Positions 9,576 to 18,105 of a DNA stretch of 41,834 nucleotides are shown one piece after another. The stretch spans positions 1-41,834 of the forward strand of contig JBQGEO010000191.1 of assembly GCA_052039655.1 (NCBI GenBank), given 5' to 3'. The DNA comes from Pararcticibacter sp. (GTDB lineage: Bacteria > Bacteroidota > Bacteroidia > Sphingobacteriales > Sphingobacteriaceae). The position numbers and the translations under genes were made by a program. Under the pieces are notes generated by a model, which made no database searches, was not told where the DNA came from, and saw only the letters and a program-made list of their open reading frames with translations. Positions within the stretch are counted from its first letter, which is position 1; every line of letters begins with the position of its first letter.

Positions 9576-11174
9576 ATGAAAAGATTATCTATACTTTTTA
9601 CCGCTGGGATGTGTGCATTGGGATTGCTGGGGACGTCCTGTAAAAGCAAAAGTAGCGGAGTTTCTTCCAAAACAGGTTGGTCCTATAACGATAAAAACAA
9701 CGGGGGATTTTCGGTTGCAAGAAAAATAAAACCAGGTCCGGGACCCGGTCTTATCGCAATTGAGGGCGGAACATTTGTGATGGGAGGCAGCCTGAGTCAG
9801 GACCTCGCATATGAATATGATAACCTCAGAAGAAGAGTTACAGTCGCCTCATTTTATATGGACGAAACAGAGGTTTCCAATGTCGACTGGCGAGAATACC
9901 TCTACTGGATACAGAGAAACTTCCCCGGAGACCGGGAATATTATTACAACGCCATGCCGGATACTCTTGTTTGGCGCCGTCCGCTTTCCTATAACGAACC
10001 GTATGTGGAAAACTATCTCCGTCACCCCGCCTATCAGGACTATCCTGTAGTGGGAATCAGCTGGGAACAGGCACGTGAGTATGCCGAGTGGCGTACAGAC
10101 CGTGTTAACGAACAGATCCTGCGTGAAAGAGGCATCCTTCTCGATTATAAAACGCTCGCTGCTAACACAAGAGGCGGAGCAGGCGCAACAGGCGGCGCGG
10201 CCTCCTCTGATCCGTTCAACACGGACATTTATCTGAATGGCCAGTATCAGGGTCAGGGAATTGATGGCAAAAGAATGCCAAAGAATCTGAACCCTTCAGC
10301 AAACGCTGCCGGAGCAACTGGTGGTACAGTGCCGAGAAGGCCCGTAACCCGCGAAGATGGTGTTTTAAAAGAACACTACCGCTTACCGACAGAGGCAGAA
10401 TGGGAATATGCTGCGCTCGCTCTGGCTGGAAACACTCAATATGAAAATATAGAAGATGGAAAGATCTATCCATGGAACGGCCTTGGAGTCCGGTCCGCGA
10501 AAAAGAAGACTCAGGGTATGATCATGGCCAACTTTAAACGTGGAGAGGGTGACAACATGGGTACAGGAGGATATCTGAACGATAAAGCAGACATTACAGC
10601 TCCGGTGAGAAGCTACCTTCCTAACGACTTTGGCTTATACAATATGGCAGGGAATGTAAATGAGTGGGTGGAAGACACATACAGAAAAATGTCGTTCGAA
10701 GATTTTGAAGACTTCAATCCTTTCCGTGGTAATCAATATGTAAACAAGAGACTGGAAGACAAGAGCAAATGGACTTACGCGAAGGATAAATATGGCCGGC
10801 CGATAAAAGATGCTGCTCCTTCGCTTAGAAAACAAACCTGGGCTGAGTTGAATGGAACTGCTGACAGTACAGCAACTTCAAATAGTAAGCCATTTAATCC
10901 CGACATGAGAGGATTCCAGGATACAGTGAATCAGGAGCTGTATGGCAAGGTAACACTTGTAAACGACAGGTCAAAGGTATTCAAAGGAGGATCATGGAAC
11001 GACCGCGCTTATTGGTTGAATCCTGCAACCAGAAGGTTTATGCAGCAGGACGAAACAAGTGCCGAAGTCGGATTCAGATGCGCAATGAATATGACCGGAT
11101 CTACAGAGATCTACACTAAAAACAAACCTCATTTCAAGCAACCGAAGTCAAGGGCTTCCAGCAGGGCTAAATAG
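9576..11174 (+). CDS. gldJ: Gliding motility lipoprotein GldJ (SUMF1/FGE-sulfatase fold)
   Basis: Lipobox LGTSC; SSKTGWSYND, FYMDETEVSN, YLRHPAYQDYPVVG, YRLPTEAEWEYAA, NDFGLYNMAGNVNEWV and KGGSW...GFRC; divergent from porV. Confidence 0.87.
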   Translation: MKRLSILFTAGMCALGLLGTSCKSKSSGVSSKTGWSYNDKNNGGFSVARKIKPGPGPGLIAIEGGTFVMGGSLSQDLAYEYDNLRRRVTVASFYMDETEVSNVDWREYLYWIQRNFPGDREYYYNAMPDTLVWRRPLSYNEPYVENYLRHPAYQDYPVVGISWEQAREYAEWRTDRVNEQILRERGILLDYKTLAANTRGGAGATGGAASSDPFNTDIYLNGQYQGQGIDGKRMPKNLNPSANAAGATGGTVPRRPVTREDGVLKEHYRLPTEAEWEYAALALAGNTQYENIEDGKIYPWNGLGVRSAKKKTQGMIMANFKRGEGDNMGTGGYLNDKADITAPVRSYLPNDFGLYNMAGNVNEWVEDTYRKMSFEDFEDFNPFRGNQYVNKRLEDKSKWTYAKDKYGRPIKDAAPSLRKQTWAELNGTADSTATSNSKPFNPDMRGFQDTVNQELYGKVTLVNDRSKVFKGGSWNDRAYWLNPATRRFMQQDETSAEVGFRCAMNMTGSTEIYTKNKPHFKQPKSRASSRAK

Positions 11175-11201
11175 GGTTTTCTTAACGATATAGAATATTA
11201 G

Positions 11202-11223
11202 AAAGGGCTTCGGCCCTTTTTTT
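11202..11223 (+). terminator. Intrinsic terminator after gldJ, bidirectional with the DUF4159 gene
   Basis: AAAGGGC-TTCG-GCCCTTT with a cUUCGg tetraloop, followed by a T run that abuts the convergent stop codon. Confidence 0.85.
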
Positions 11224-11887
11224 ATTGGGTAAGGGCATACTGCACAAGATTAGCACCCATCTTTAAAGCCTTTTGCCGGGTAGCTTCAGAATCGCCTGCA
11301 TAAGTCCCATAATCCTCCCACCCATTTCCCAAATCGCATTCATAAGTGTAAAAACAAACAAGCCGCCCTTTATAGTTCAGTGCGAAACCCTGGGGACGCT
11401 TCGCGTCATGCTCATGTATCTTTGGAAGACCTTCGGGAAACTGAAACTTCTGCCTGTACACAAGGTGCTGCGGACTCAGTTCGGTAAAGCTCAGCTCAGG
11501 GAATACCTTCTTCATCTGCGGACGGATGAATTTATCAAGACCGTAATTATCATCGATATGGAGAAATCCTCCTCCGGTTAAATACTTCCTGAGGTTTGCT
11601 GCCTCCTGATCTGTAAAAACCACATTACCGTGTCCGGTCATATAAACAAAAGGATAGTTGAATATTCCCGGGCTTCCCGCCTCAACAACCGCTTCTTCCG
11701 TATTAAAATTAGTTCCGATGTTTTTATTGCAGAAAACAATCAGGTTAGTCAGCGCGGTACGATTAGCATACCAATCGCCTCCGCCGTTATACTTCAGACG
11801 CGCCAGCTTATAGGAAGGCATTGTAAATCCTGCCGGCAGCATGGTGCCCGCAGCAAAAAGCACGCCCATGAATTCACGTCTCTTCAT
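11222..11887 (-). CDS. DUF4159 domain protein
   Basis: LKYNGGGDWY, YPFVYMTGHG, LRKYLTGGGFLHIDDNYG, GLPKIHEHD and ECDLGNGWED; twin-arginine-like N-terminus. Confidence 0.82.
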   Translation of the reverse strand: MKRREFMGVLFAAGTMLPAGFTMPSYKLARLKYNGGGDWYANRTALTNLIVFCNKNIGTNFNTEEAVVEAGSPGIFNYPFVYMTGHGNVVFTDQEAANLRKYLTGGGFLHIDDNYGLDKFIRPQMKKVFPELSFTELSPQHLVYRQKFQFPEGLPKIHEHDAKRPQGFALNYKGRLVCFYTYECDLGNGWEDYGTYAGDSEATRQKALKMGANLVQYALTQ

Positions 11888-11889
11888 CT

Positions 11890-12591
11890 TTACCTGTTTA
11901 AGAAATTGATTTCAAAACAAGCTTCAAGCCCGGCAGTCTCTGTACGCAGCCGGGATGTCCCTAAAGATACGGGAACAAAACCTTCTTTCAGCGCACTTTC
12001 AAGCTCAGCCGGACTGAAATCTCCCTCCGGTCCTATTAAAATAATATAAGATGATTTAAGTTTTAAGCATGTCTTTAAAGGAGACTTCTCCCCTTCCATA
12101 CAATGGGCAATAAACTTCTGTTCCTGCGAATGAAGATGAATAAAATCTTTGAACCGTACAGGCTCGTGAAGTACAGGATGGTAAGCCTTAATGGACTGTT
12201 TTACCGCGGAGGTAATAATTTTGTTCAGCCGGCCGGTTTTAACTTCACGTCTTTCCGACCTGTCACAGATCAAAGGAGTCACCTCGTCTATACCTATTTC
12301 AGTTGCCTTCTCAAGGAACCACTCGAAGCGCTCAATGTTTTTGGTTGGGGCGATGGCTACATGAAGACAATGCTCTCTTTTACCATAATCCGTGAGGTGT
12401 TCTTCAATTTTCAGAACCGTTCTCCGGGCATCCGGACTAACGATCCTGGCTTTATATAAGCCCCCTCTTCCGTCTATAAGATGAATGATATCATCGGCAC
12501 CCAAACGCAAAACCTTAACACAATGCCTGCTCTCTTCCTCACTTAATTCGTATTGACTGCCGGATATGTCAGGGGTATAGAAAAGATGCAT
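11890..12591 (-). CDS. rsmE: 16S rRNA m3U1498 methyltransferase
   Basis: HCVKVLRL, EKATEIG, IGPEGDFS and SLGTSRLRTETA (SPOUT family). Confidence 0.95.
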   Translation of the reverse strand: MHLFYTPDISGSQYELSEEESRHCVKVLRLGADDIIHLIDGRGGLYKARIVSPDARRTVLKIEEHLTDYGKREHCLHVAIAPTKNIERFEWFLEKATEIGIDEVTPLICDRSERREVKTGRLNKIITSAVKQSIKAYHPVLHEPVRFKDFIHLHSQEQKFIAHCMEGEKSPLKTCLKLKSSYIILIGPEGDFSPAELESALKEGFVPVSLGTSRLRTETAGLEACFEINFLNR

Positions 12592-12602
12592 ACTGAATAC
12601 TT

Positions 12603-13928
12603 TTAGCGTGTATCGATAGTATCTTCGTGATTGATAACAAGGTCTAATTTAACAGACTCAATATTTTGTTCCGTTTTCTTCAGAATAGTAATAACGTACC
12701 CGTAAAACTCCTTCCGCTCACCAACCTCCGGAATCTTCCCGAAAAGGTCGCCGACAAGTCCGCCGACAGTGTCATAATCCTCATCTTCAGGAAGATCATG
12801 GGGCAAATACTCGTTCACATCATATATCGGAGCAGAAGCATTCACAATAAATTCATGATCCGACACCTTTTCCACTATCGGCTTTTCCTCATCAAATTCA
12901 TCCTGAATCTCACCAACCAGCTCCTCGACGATATCTTCAAGTGTAACCATACCTGCAGTACCACCAAATTCATCAAGAACAATTGCGATTTGAATCCGGC
13001 GTTGCTGGAACTCCTTCATCAGATCGTTAATCTTTTTAGTCTCAGGAATGAAATATGGCTTACGGATAATATCCTCCAGCACCATTTCCTTCTTTCCGGC
13101 AAGTATAGGCAGGATATCCTTCGCATGAATTACGCCAACAATTTTGTCAATGGTTTCATCATACACAGGTATCCGGGAATATCCTTCTTTCAGAATAGTA
13201 TCAAGCACTTCCTGCTCCGGCGTACTCTTTTCTATGCCCGATATCTTGGTCCTGGGAACCATGATGTTCTTAACGATCCTTTCATTAAAATCGAACACGT
13301 TTTTAATCAGCTCGTGCTCATTGATGTCAAGCACACCACTTTCCTTCCCCTGCTCCAGAAGATATTGCAGCTCCTCCGATGTATGCGCAGCCTCATGGCC
13401 ATTTACCGTGCTGATCCCGATCATTTTCAGGATAAGGTTGGCAAAACCATTTAAAAGCCAGATGAAGGGCCGGAATACGATATAAAAGAAATGAAGAGGC
13501 AGAGATACACCCATGGTGACACCAATAGGACGTTGAATAGCGATAGACTTTGGTGCAAGCTCACCAAAAACAATATGTAAAACGGTGATGATAACAAAAG
13601 CAATAATAGGGGCAGCTGTCTTTGTAAAAGATGCCACAAATACTGGTCCCGCACCAAATGCATACAGCAGGTTGCTAAGGAGATGCTCCATTACTTCCTC
13701 TCCTACCCATCCGAGACCAAGAGAAGCAAGCGTCACCCCCAACTGAGTTGCCGCAAGATAGGCATCCAGATGCTGGGTGATATGCTTTGCAGTTTTCCCC
13801 ATCCGGCTGCCCGACTTTGCCTGAATCTCTATCTGAGATGCCCGTACCTTGACAATCGCAAATTCAGCGGCAACAAAGAAACCGTTAAGTAAAACCAGGA
13901 AGAAGGTAAGAAATATCTGGAAGCCCAT
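12603..13928 (-). CDS. CNNM/CorC-HlyC family membrane protein (DUF21 + CBS pair + CorC domain)
   Basis: LNGFFVAAEFAIV, TQLGVTLASLGLGW, GELAPKSIA, YSRIPVY and DEFGGTAGMVTLEDIVEELVGEIQDE. Confidence 0.92.
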   Translation of the reverse strand: MGFQIFLTFFLVLLNGFFVAAEFAIVKVRASQIEIQAKSGSRMGKTAKHITQHLDAYLAATQLGVTLASLGLGWVGEEVMEHLLSNLLYAFGAGPVFVASFTKTAAPIIAFVIITVLHIVFGELAPKSIAIQRPIGVTMGVSLPLHFFYIVFRPFIWLLNGFANLILKMIGISTVNGHEAAHTSEELQYLLEQGKESGVLDINEHELIKNVFDFNERIVKNIMVPRTKISGIEKSTPEQEVLDTILKEGYSRIPVYDETIDKIVGVIHAKDILPILAGKKEMVLEDIIRKPYFIPETKKINDLMKEFQQRRIQIAIVLDEFGGTAGMVTLEDIVEELVGEIQDEFDEEKPIVEKVSDHEFIVNASAPIYDVNEYLPHDLPEDEDYDTVGGLVGDLFGKIPEVGERKEFYGYVITILKKTEQNIESVKLDLVINHEDTIDTR

Positions 13929-13933
13929 CTATC

Positions 13934-14479
13934 TTATAACTTTGGTGCTATTGTGTTGTTATACAACTCAATACTATCTTTTATCACTTTGTAAGCTTCT
14001 TCCCTTCCCATAAGTTGCTCAACTGTCACGTTCTTATGTTCCAAAGCTTTATAATCCTGGAAAAAACGCACAATTTCTTTCATTGTATGAGGAGGAAGGC
14101 TTTCAAGATCATCAATGTAATTAACCGACATATCATTCTTCGCCACCGCAATGATCTTATCATCCTGCTCTCCGTTATCCACCATGTGCATCACACCGAT
14201 CACCTTCGCTTCGATGATAGACATCGGAAACACGTCGACAGAACACAAGACAAGGATATCTAGGGGGTCTTCGTCATCACAATAAGTTTGAGGGATAAAG
14301 CCGTAATTTGCAGGGTACATCACCGACGAAAACAAGATCCGGTCAAGTCTCAGCAACCCTGAATCTTTATCAATTTCATACTTACCTTTAGAGCCTTTCG
14401 GAATTTCGATGATAGCGTTAACAAAAACAGGTAATTGATTGCCTGGAGACACTCTGTGCCAGGCATTGTCTTTACTCAT
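13934..14479 (-). CDS. ppa: Family I soluble inorganic pyrophosphatase
   Basis: IEIPKGS, KYEIDK, YPANYGFIPQT, DEDPLDILV and DDKIIAV. Start at 14479 or 14485, overlapping the dedA stop. Confidence 0.95.
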   Translation of the reverse strand: MSKDNAWHRVSPGNQLPVFVNAIIEIPKGSKGKYEIDKDSGLLRLDRILFSSVMYPANYGFIPQTYCDDEDPLDILVLCSVDVFPMSIIEAKVIGVMHMVDNGEQDDKIIAVAKNDMSVNYIDDLESLPPHTMKEIVRFFQDYKALEHKNVTVEQLMGREEAYKVIKDSIELYNNTIAPKL

Positions 14480-15146
14480 AGTCATTTATATTTTCGTTCA
14501 ACTTCTTATTTTGACTTTTGTTTAGAAATTTTCTCTTTAAAAAGGCCCAAACAAGAGGAATAGCAGTAACGAAGATAAAACCGATAATAATATATAAAAG
14601 ATATTCGTCTATCTCCTTCTCAAATCTTTTCCCCAAGAAAAAACCTAATAAAGTTAGTGATGCAACCCACAAAATAGCGCCGGCCACATTATAGAAAGTA
14701 AATTTCTGGGGATTCACCCCGATCACTCCCGCAACTATAGGCGCAAACGTCCGGACTATAGGAATGAAACGTCCCATGATCAAGGCGAAGGCTCCCTGTT
14801 TCTCGTAATATTCTTCAGCAGCTTTGATGTATTTCTTTTTAAAGAATAAGGAGTCCTTTCTCAGGTACAGTACAGGTCCCGTCTTTCGCCCGAACCAGTA
14901 TCCTACGTAATTACCTAATATGGCGGCAGCCATCAACCCGCCTACAAGTGTATAAATCGAGACATCCAGCTTCCCCGTCGCCACAAACATACCGGCAAGG
15001 AACAACAGATAATCTCCCGGAAGGAAAAATCCAAAGAACAATCCGGTTTCCGCAAAGACCACAAATAAAACCAGATAAAAACCACCTTCCCTAAGAAGCC
15101 TTTCCGGATTAATTAATTGTTGAAGATGGTCCCAGAGCTCGTGCAT
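14472..15146 (-). CDS. dedA: DedA/VTT family membrane protein
   Basis: FAETGLFFGFFLPGDYLLF and GRFIPIVRTFAPIVAG. Confidence 0.92.
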   Translation of the reverse strand: MHELWDHLQQLINPERLLREGGFYLVLFVVFAETGLFFGFFLPGDYLLFLAGMFVATGKLDVSIYTLVGGLMAAAILGNYVGYWFGRKTGPVLYLRKDSLFFKKKYIKAAEEYYEKQGAFALIMGRFIPIVRTFAPIVAGVIGVNPQKFTFYNVAGAILWVASLTLLGFFLGKRFEKEIDEYLLYIIIGFIFVTAIPLVWAFLKRKFLNKSQNKKLNENINDYE

Positions 15147-15201
15147 AATGAATATCCGTAAAGCTACGAATATTAAAACAACTTTTTATTCTAATATCCG
15201 A

Positions 15202-16578
15202 TCATATCAGCCCTGCTATAAAATGGGGATAAATACCCATCAGTATAGTAGCTACTGCAGAGAAGGCCAGAACAATTTTGTAATAGGCCGGGACGGTCAG
15301 TTCTGTCCTCTCCTCGGGCTTAAAATACATAGCCACAATTACCCTGAAATAATAGAAGATTGCAATGACAGCATTCACTACTGCAAATACCACTAAATAA
15401 GTATGATAAGTGGCCAGTGTCCTGGTAAACATCATGAACTTACCGACAAAGCCGGCAGTCAGCGGGATACCCGCCAGCGACAGCATCGCTATTGTCAATG
15501 TAAATGCAAGAAAAGGATTCTTCTTACTGAGGCCGTTAAAGCTGTCAAAGCTATCGTTTCCTGTTTGTCTCTGCAGGATAATTAAAACGCCGAAGGCAAT
15601 AATAGACGCCACTGAATATGACGCAGCGTAGACAAAAAGAGCATTATCAGAAGATCCGTCAAGAGCGATCACACAAAACAGCATATATCCGGCATGTGAT
15701 ATACTTGAGTATGCCAGCATCCTTTTAAAGTGTTGCTGGTACACAGCGGTAACATTCCCGATCAGCAACGACAAAGCCGCAATAGTTACAAGAACTGGTA
15801 TCCAGAACTCTTGTTTAGGCGCAAAGCAATTCAGCATTATTCTCAGAAAAGCTGCAAATCCGGCTGTCTTCACCACTGTACTCATAAAAGCTGTGATGAG
15901 AGAAGGAGATCCTTCATATACGTCAGGCGTCCAGAAATGGAAAGGTGCCGCACCCACCTTGAAGCACAGGCCGATAAGGATCAGAATGATCCCGGTATAC
16001 AGAAGCGCCGAAGGCTTGGGTGTCGATACGATATAATTGCGTATACCCTCAAGGTCAAAAGAACCTGAGGCCCCATATAAAAGAGCTACTCCAAACAGTA
16101 AAAATCCTGTTGAAAATGCCCCCATCAGGAAATATTTAAGGGCGGCCTCATTAGATGAGAAATCCCTTTTCTTAATCCCTGCAAGAATATAAAGACTTAC
16201 CGACATGATCTCAATACCAATAAACAGCATCGATAAATTATGGTAGGATACCATCAATACAATACCGGCCAGAGCAAACAATATCAGGGCATAATACTCC
16301 GCAACATTAGAACTTATCCTTTCAAAATACCCTTTTGATAGAAGAAGCACCAGGAAAGTAGTAAATATCGTAATGCCCGAGAATGCTATTGCAAAATTAT
16401 CAAACAGCATCATATTGCTGAAGATCGGGGCCGGAAAGCTGTTCCACTCTGATACAGCCAGAGCAAAAGCACCGGCAAGCCCAAGCAAAGTCACCGGCAG
16501 CAAAGCTTTATACGCTTTGAACAATCCAAGGTATAAAATGAATAATGCTAAGAGAGATATAGTTAATAATGCATTCAT
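15202..16578 (-). CDS. nuoN: NADH-quinone oxidoreductase subunit N
   Basis: EAALKYFLMG, FKVGAAPFHFWTPDVYEG and KRMLAYSSISHAGY; last gene of the nuo operon. Confidence 0.95.
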   Translation of the reverse strand: MNALLTISLLALFILYLGLFKAYKALLPVTLLGLAGAFALAVSEWNSFPAPIFSNMMLFDNFAIAFSGITIFTTFLVLLLSKGYFERISSNVAEYYALILFALAGIVLMVSYHNLSMLFIGIEIMSVSLYILAGIKKRDFSSNEAALKYFLMGAFSTGFLLFGVALLYGASGSFDLEGIRNYIVSTPKPSALLYTGIILILIGLCFKVGAAPFHFWTPDVYEGSPSLITAFMSTVVKTAGFAAFLRIMLNCFAPKQEFWIPVLVTIAALSLLIGNVTAVYQQHFKRMLAYSSISHAGYMLFCVIALDGSSDNALFVYAASYSVASIIAFGVLIILQRQTGNDSFDSFNGLSKKNPFLAFTLTIAMLSLAGIPLTAGFVGKFMMFTRTLATYHTYLVVFAVVNAVIAIFYYFRVIVAMYFKPEERTELTVPAYYKIVLAFSAVATILMGIYPHFIAGLI

Positions 16579-16604
16579 TGTCTTAATTCAGTATCACTTA
16601 TTGC

Positions 16605-18083
16605 CTAGAACGTTGTACTTAAACCATTAATCCTGGCCTCAACAGTTTGAACCAGAGTTTTCACTGCTGCTTCAGAAATGTGAAGAATAGGGTTTGGATA
16701 AACACCTATTACAATGATCAGCACACAAACGATCCCAAGTACCAGCTTTTCGGTCCCGTCGATATCCTTAAATGTCAGCGTCAGTTCATTCGTCTCACCC
16801 AGCATGATTCGCTGATACATCCTCAGCATATAAACCGCACCAAAGATGATTGTCAGACCCGCAATAACAGACGCATAAAGATTATACTGGGATAACCCCA
16901 GGAGCAGAAGATATTCTCCTATGAATCCATTCGTAAGCGGAAGAGCGATCGTTCCTAATACTACAACCAGGAAAGTAATCGCCAGCTGAGGTGACACAGA
17001 TGCAATTCCTCCCATTTTCGAACTATCACGCGTTTCTAACCTCCGTGTTATAATATCAGCCACAAAGAACAAAGCAAACACGTTAATACCGTGATTGATC
17101 ATTTGTATCATGGCTCCCTGCAAACTTTGCACATTCCAGACAAACACACCCGCTGCAATTAATCCAACGTGCGCAATAGAAGAATACGCGATAAGCCGCT
17201 TGATATCTTTCTGGGTAAAAGCAATAATGGAGGCATAAACGACGCCCACTATCGCGAGCATTAACACCCATGGTCCCCATTGATTATAGCCCAGGGGCAC
17301 AACAGGGATTAACCACCGGATAGCCCCATAAACCCCCATCTTCAGCATAATGCCTGCCAGAAGCATAGTACCTGTCGTAGGCGCTTCTGTGTAGGTATCC
17401 GGCTGCCATGTATGAAATGGAAAAACAGGCATTTTAATTGCAAAGGCAAGAAAAAATGCTAAAAACACCCAGCCCTGAGCTGCTGGACTAATCGATGCGT
17501 TATAAAAAGCCTGAAGGCTGAAGCTCTGCCCCGGCGTATGATAAGCCATATAAATAATCGCCAGCAACATGATCAGGCTTCCGAAAACGGTATATATGAA
17601 AAACTTCATATTAACACGTATTCTGTTTTCGCCCCCCCATATCCCGCAGATAAAGTAGATCGGTATCAATGCAGCTTCCCAGCCGAGATAGAAAAGGAAC
17701 CCGTCAAGCGCCGTGAAAACCAGCAAAAGTCCGCTTTGCATGAAAAGTATTAACCCGTAAAATGCTCCCGGATTTTTATAATCATGTTTGAAGCTCGAAA
17801 GAATAATTAATGGTATCAGCCCGTTAGTCAGAAGCACAAGCAGCATACTGATCCCATCAATTCCGGCTTGAAAACGAATTCCGAATTCAAGGAACCAGGG
17901 ATAGTCGTACTCAAACTGCGGTGCAACAGAATCGGGGTTAAAAACAGAAAGAAGGTAGGCGGACACTCCTAACGAAAGCAGAGACCAGATAAAGGCCACA
18001 ATCTTTGCATTTCGGGATTTACCAAATAAGGATGCGATCAGAGCACCGGCTAAAGGTAAAAATATAAGCAGTAAAATTTCCAT
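16605..18083 (-). CDS. nuoM: NADH-quinone oxidoreductase subunit M
   Basis: AFAIKMPVFPFHTWQPD, LLAGIMLKMG and KRLIAYSSIAH. Confidence 0.95.
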   Translation of the reverse strand: MEILLLIFLPLAGALIASLFGKSRNAKIVAFIWSLLSLGVSAYLLSVFNPDSVAPQFEYDYPWFLEFGIRFQAGIDGISMLLVLLTNGLIPLIILSSFKHDYKNPGAFYGLILFMQSGLLLVFTALDGFLFYLGWEAALIPIYFICGIWGGENRIRVNMKFFIYTVFGSLIMLLAIIYMAYHTPGQSFSLQAFYNASISPAAQGWVFLAFFLAFAIKMPVFPFHTWQPDTYTEAPTTGTMLLAGIMLKMGVYGAIRWLIPVVPLGYNQWGPWVLMLAIVGVVYASIIAFTQKDIKRLIAYSSIAHVGLIAAGVFVWNVQSLQGAMIQMINHGINVFALFFVADIITRRLETRDSSKMGGIASVSPQLAITFLVVVLGTIALPLTNGFIGEYLLLLGLSQYNLYASVIAGLTIIFGAVYMLRMYQRIMLGETNELTLTFKDIDGTEKLVLGIVCVLIIVIGVYPNPILHISEAAVKTLVQTVEARINGLSTTF

Positions 18084-18105
18084 TTATTGTTTCTTATCCT
18101 TCCTG

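Noticed and set aside
9576-11174. GldJ as an active formylglycine-generating enzyme
   Set aside because: It shares the fold but lacks the catalytic Cys pair after the GGSW motif; the lipobox and position next to porV indicate GldJ.
12666-13454. 262-aa plus-strand ORF
   Set aside because: It lies wholly antisense to the well-conserved CNNM gene and has no recognisable motif, so it is a codon-bias shadow ORF. The same applies to the other antisense ORFs over nuo, typA, metK and the pse genes.
12603-13928. 'Hemolysin' virulence factor
   Set aside because: The DUF21-CBS-CorC architecture is that of CNNM/CorB-type Mg2+ transport proteins; the hemolysin label is a legacy annotation.
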